This document shows positions 57,797 through 58,173 of a stretch of 58,173 bases of DNA, piece after piece. Under the pieces are notes generated by a model, which worked only from the letters and a program-made list of their open reading frames with translations, searched no databases and was not told the DNA's origin. Position 1 is the stretch's first letter, and each line of letters starts with the position of its first letter. The stretch is from Candidatus Cloacimonadota bacterium (lineage in GTDB: Bacteria > Cloacimonadota > Cloacimonadia > JGIOTU-2), in contig DRBZ01000099.1 of the NCBI GenBank assembly GCA_011043895.1, positions 1 through 58,173 on the forward strand, in the 5' to 3' direction. Both the position numbers and the translations under genes were made by a program.

Positions 57797-58173
57797 ATGG
57801 TTAGCAAAAAAACAGCATTCATCTTCATGATTCTTATCGTGATCTTTTTACTACGGCTTAATGCAAAACCAATCAGCATAGAGATTTGCAAAGATGTAGT
57901 GTATCATAAAATCGATCATTACGATCCTACTCAAAGCTATAGCATTTATGATATTCATATGCAAAGGGATAAAAATGGCGATCTGCTTTTTTATCTTGTT
58001 GAACTATATCCCCGCGGCTTTATGATCATAGCTGGAGATGATGAGTTACCTCCTGTGATGGGGTATAGTTTCAAGAATTCTATCGATGCAATGGATAATT
58101 CATCAAAACCATTCCAGATAATCAAAGCAGATATATCATTACGTATGCAAGCATTGGAAAAATTACCCGAAAT
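57797..58173 (+). CDS. C10-family (streptopain-like) cysteine peptidase, N-terminal pro/inhibitor domain only (3' truncated by the window edge)
   Basis: aaggag RBS and a signal peptide. FYLVELYPRGFMIIAGDDELPPVMGYS matches the conserved GF.IVSADD...P.LGYS pattern of the Spi-type prodomain. Confidence 0.6.
   Translation, partial: MVSKKTAFIFMILIVIFLLRLNAKPISIEICKDVVYHKIDHYDPTQSYSIYDIHMQRDKNGDLLFYLVELYPRGFMIIAGDDELPPVMGYSFKNSIDAMDNSSKPFQIIKADISLRMQALEKLPE

Overview
58.2-kb AT-rich chromosomal segment, tightly packed with about 50 CDS and 2 tRNAs. There is no rRNA, no CRISPR array, no intact transposase or integrase cassette, and no recognisable defence island. Gene content indicates a diderm bacterium (BamA-family, LpxK, SPOR, MltD-like) with type IX secretion (PorV-like barrel, Por-type C-terminal sorting domain) and an anaerobic amino-acid-fermenting lifestyle (two ammonia-lyases, Fd-fused EtfA, class II B12 RNR). 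An FCB-group, Cloacimonadota-like lineage is my guess only. Most genes are housekeeping: guaB, queE, queC, tsaD, tsaB, truA, dus, udk, xerC/D-type recombinase, smc, rho, mutS, lpxK, tatD, nrdJ, cobO. The places that deserve a second look are listed here. (1) A tandem pair of MIO-family ammonia-lyases in which the second copy has Ala-Cys-Gly where the invariant Ala-Ser-Gly should be. (2) A divergent locus of an ECF-like sigma factor with a C-terminal extension facing two motif-sharing small ORFs and a stand-alone receiver, followed by a 720-bp ORF-poor spacer. (3) About 85-nt direct repeats with invariant cores at fixed spacing that bracket an MltD-like gene, plus a family of GC-rich palindromic mini-elements in the spacers. 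(4) A decayed IVS-type four-helix-bundle cassette bounded by inverted repeats. (5) A ferredoxin-fused EtfA without EtfB in one operon with an amidohydrolase that is translationally coupled to queE. (6) A near-perfect palindrome between tRNA-Val and an RpiR-family regulator. I found no clear-cut new multi-gene system. The sigma/small-ORF/receiver locus and the Cys-variant lyase are the best candidates. All product calls come from motifs I read in the supplied translations. No database search, GC calculation or structure prediction was possible.
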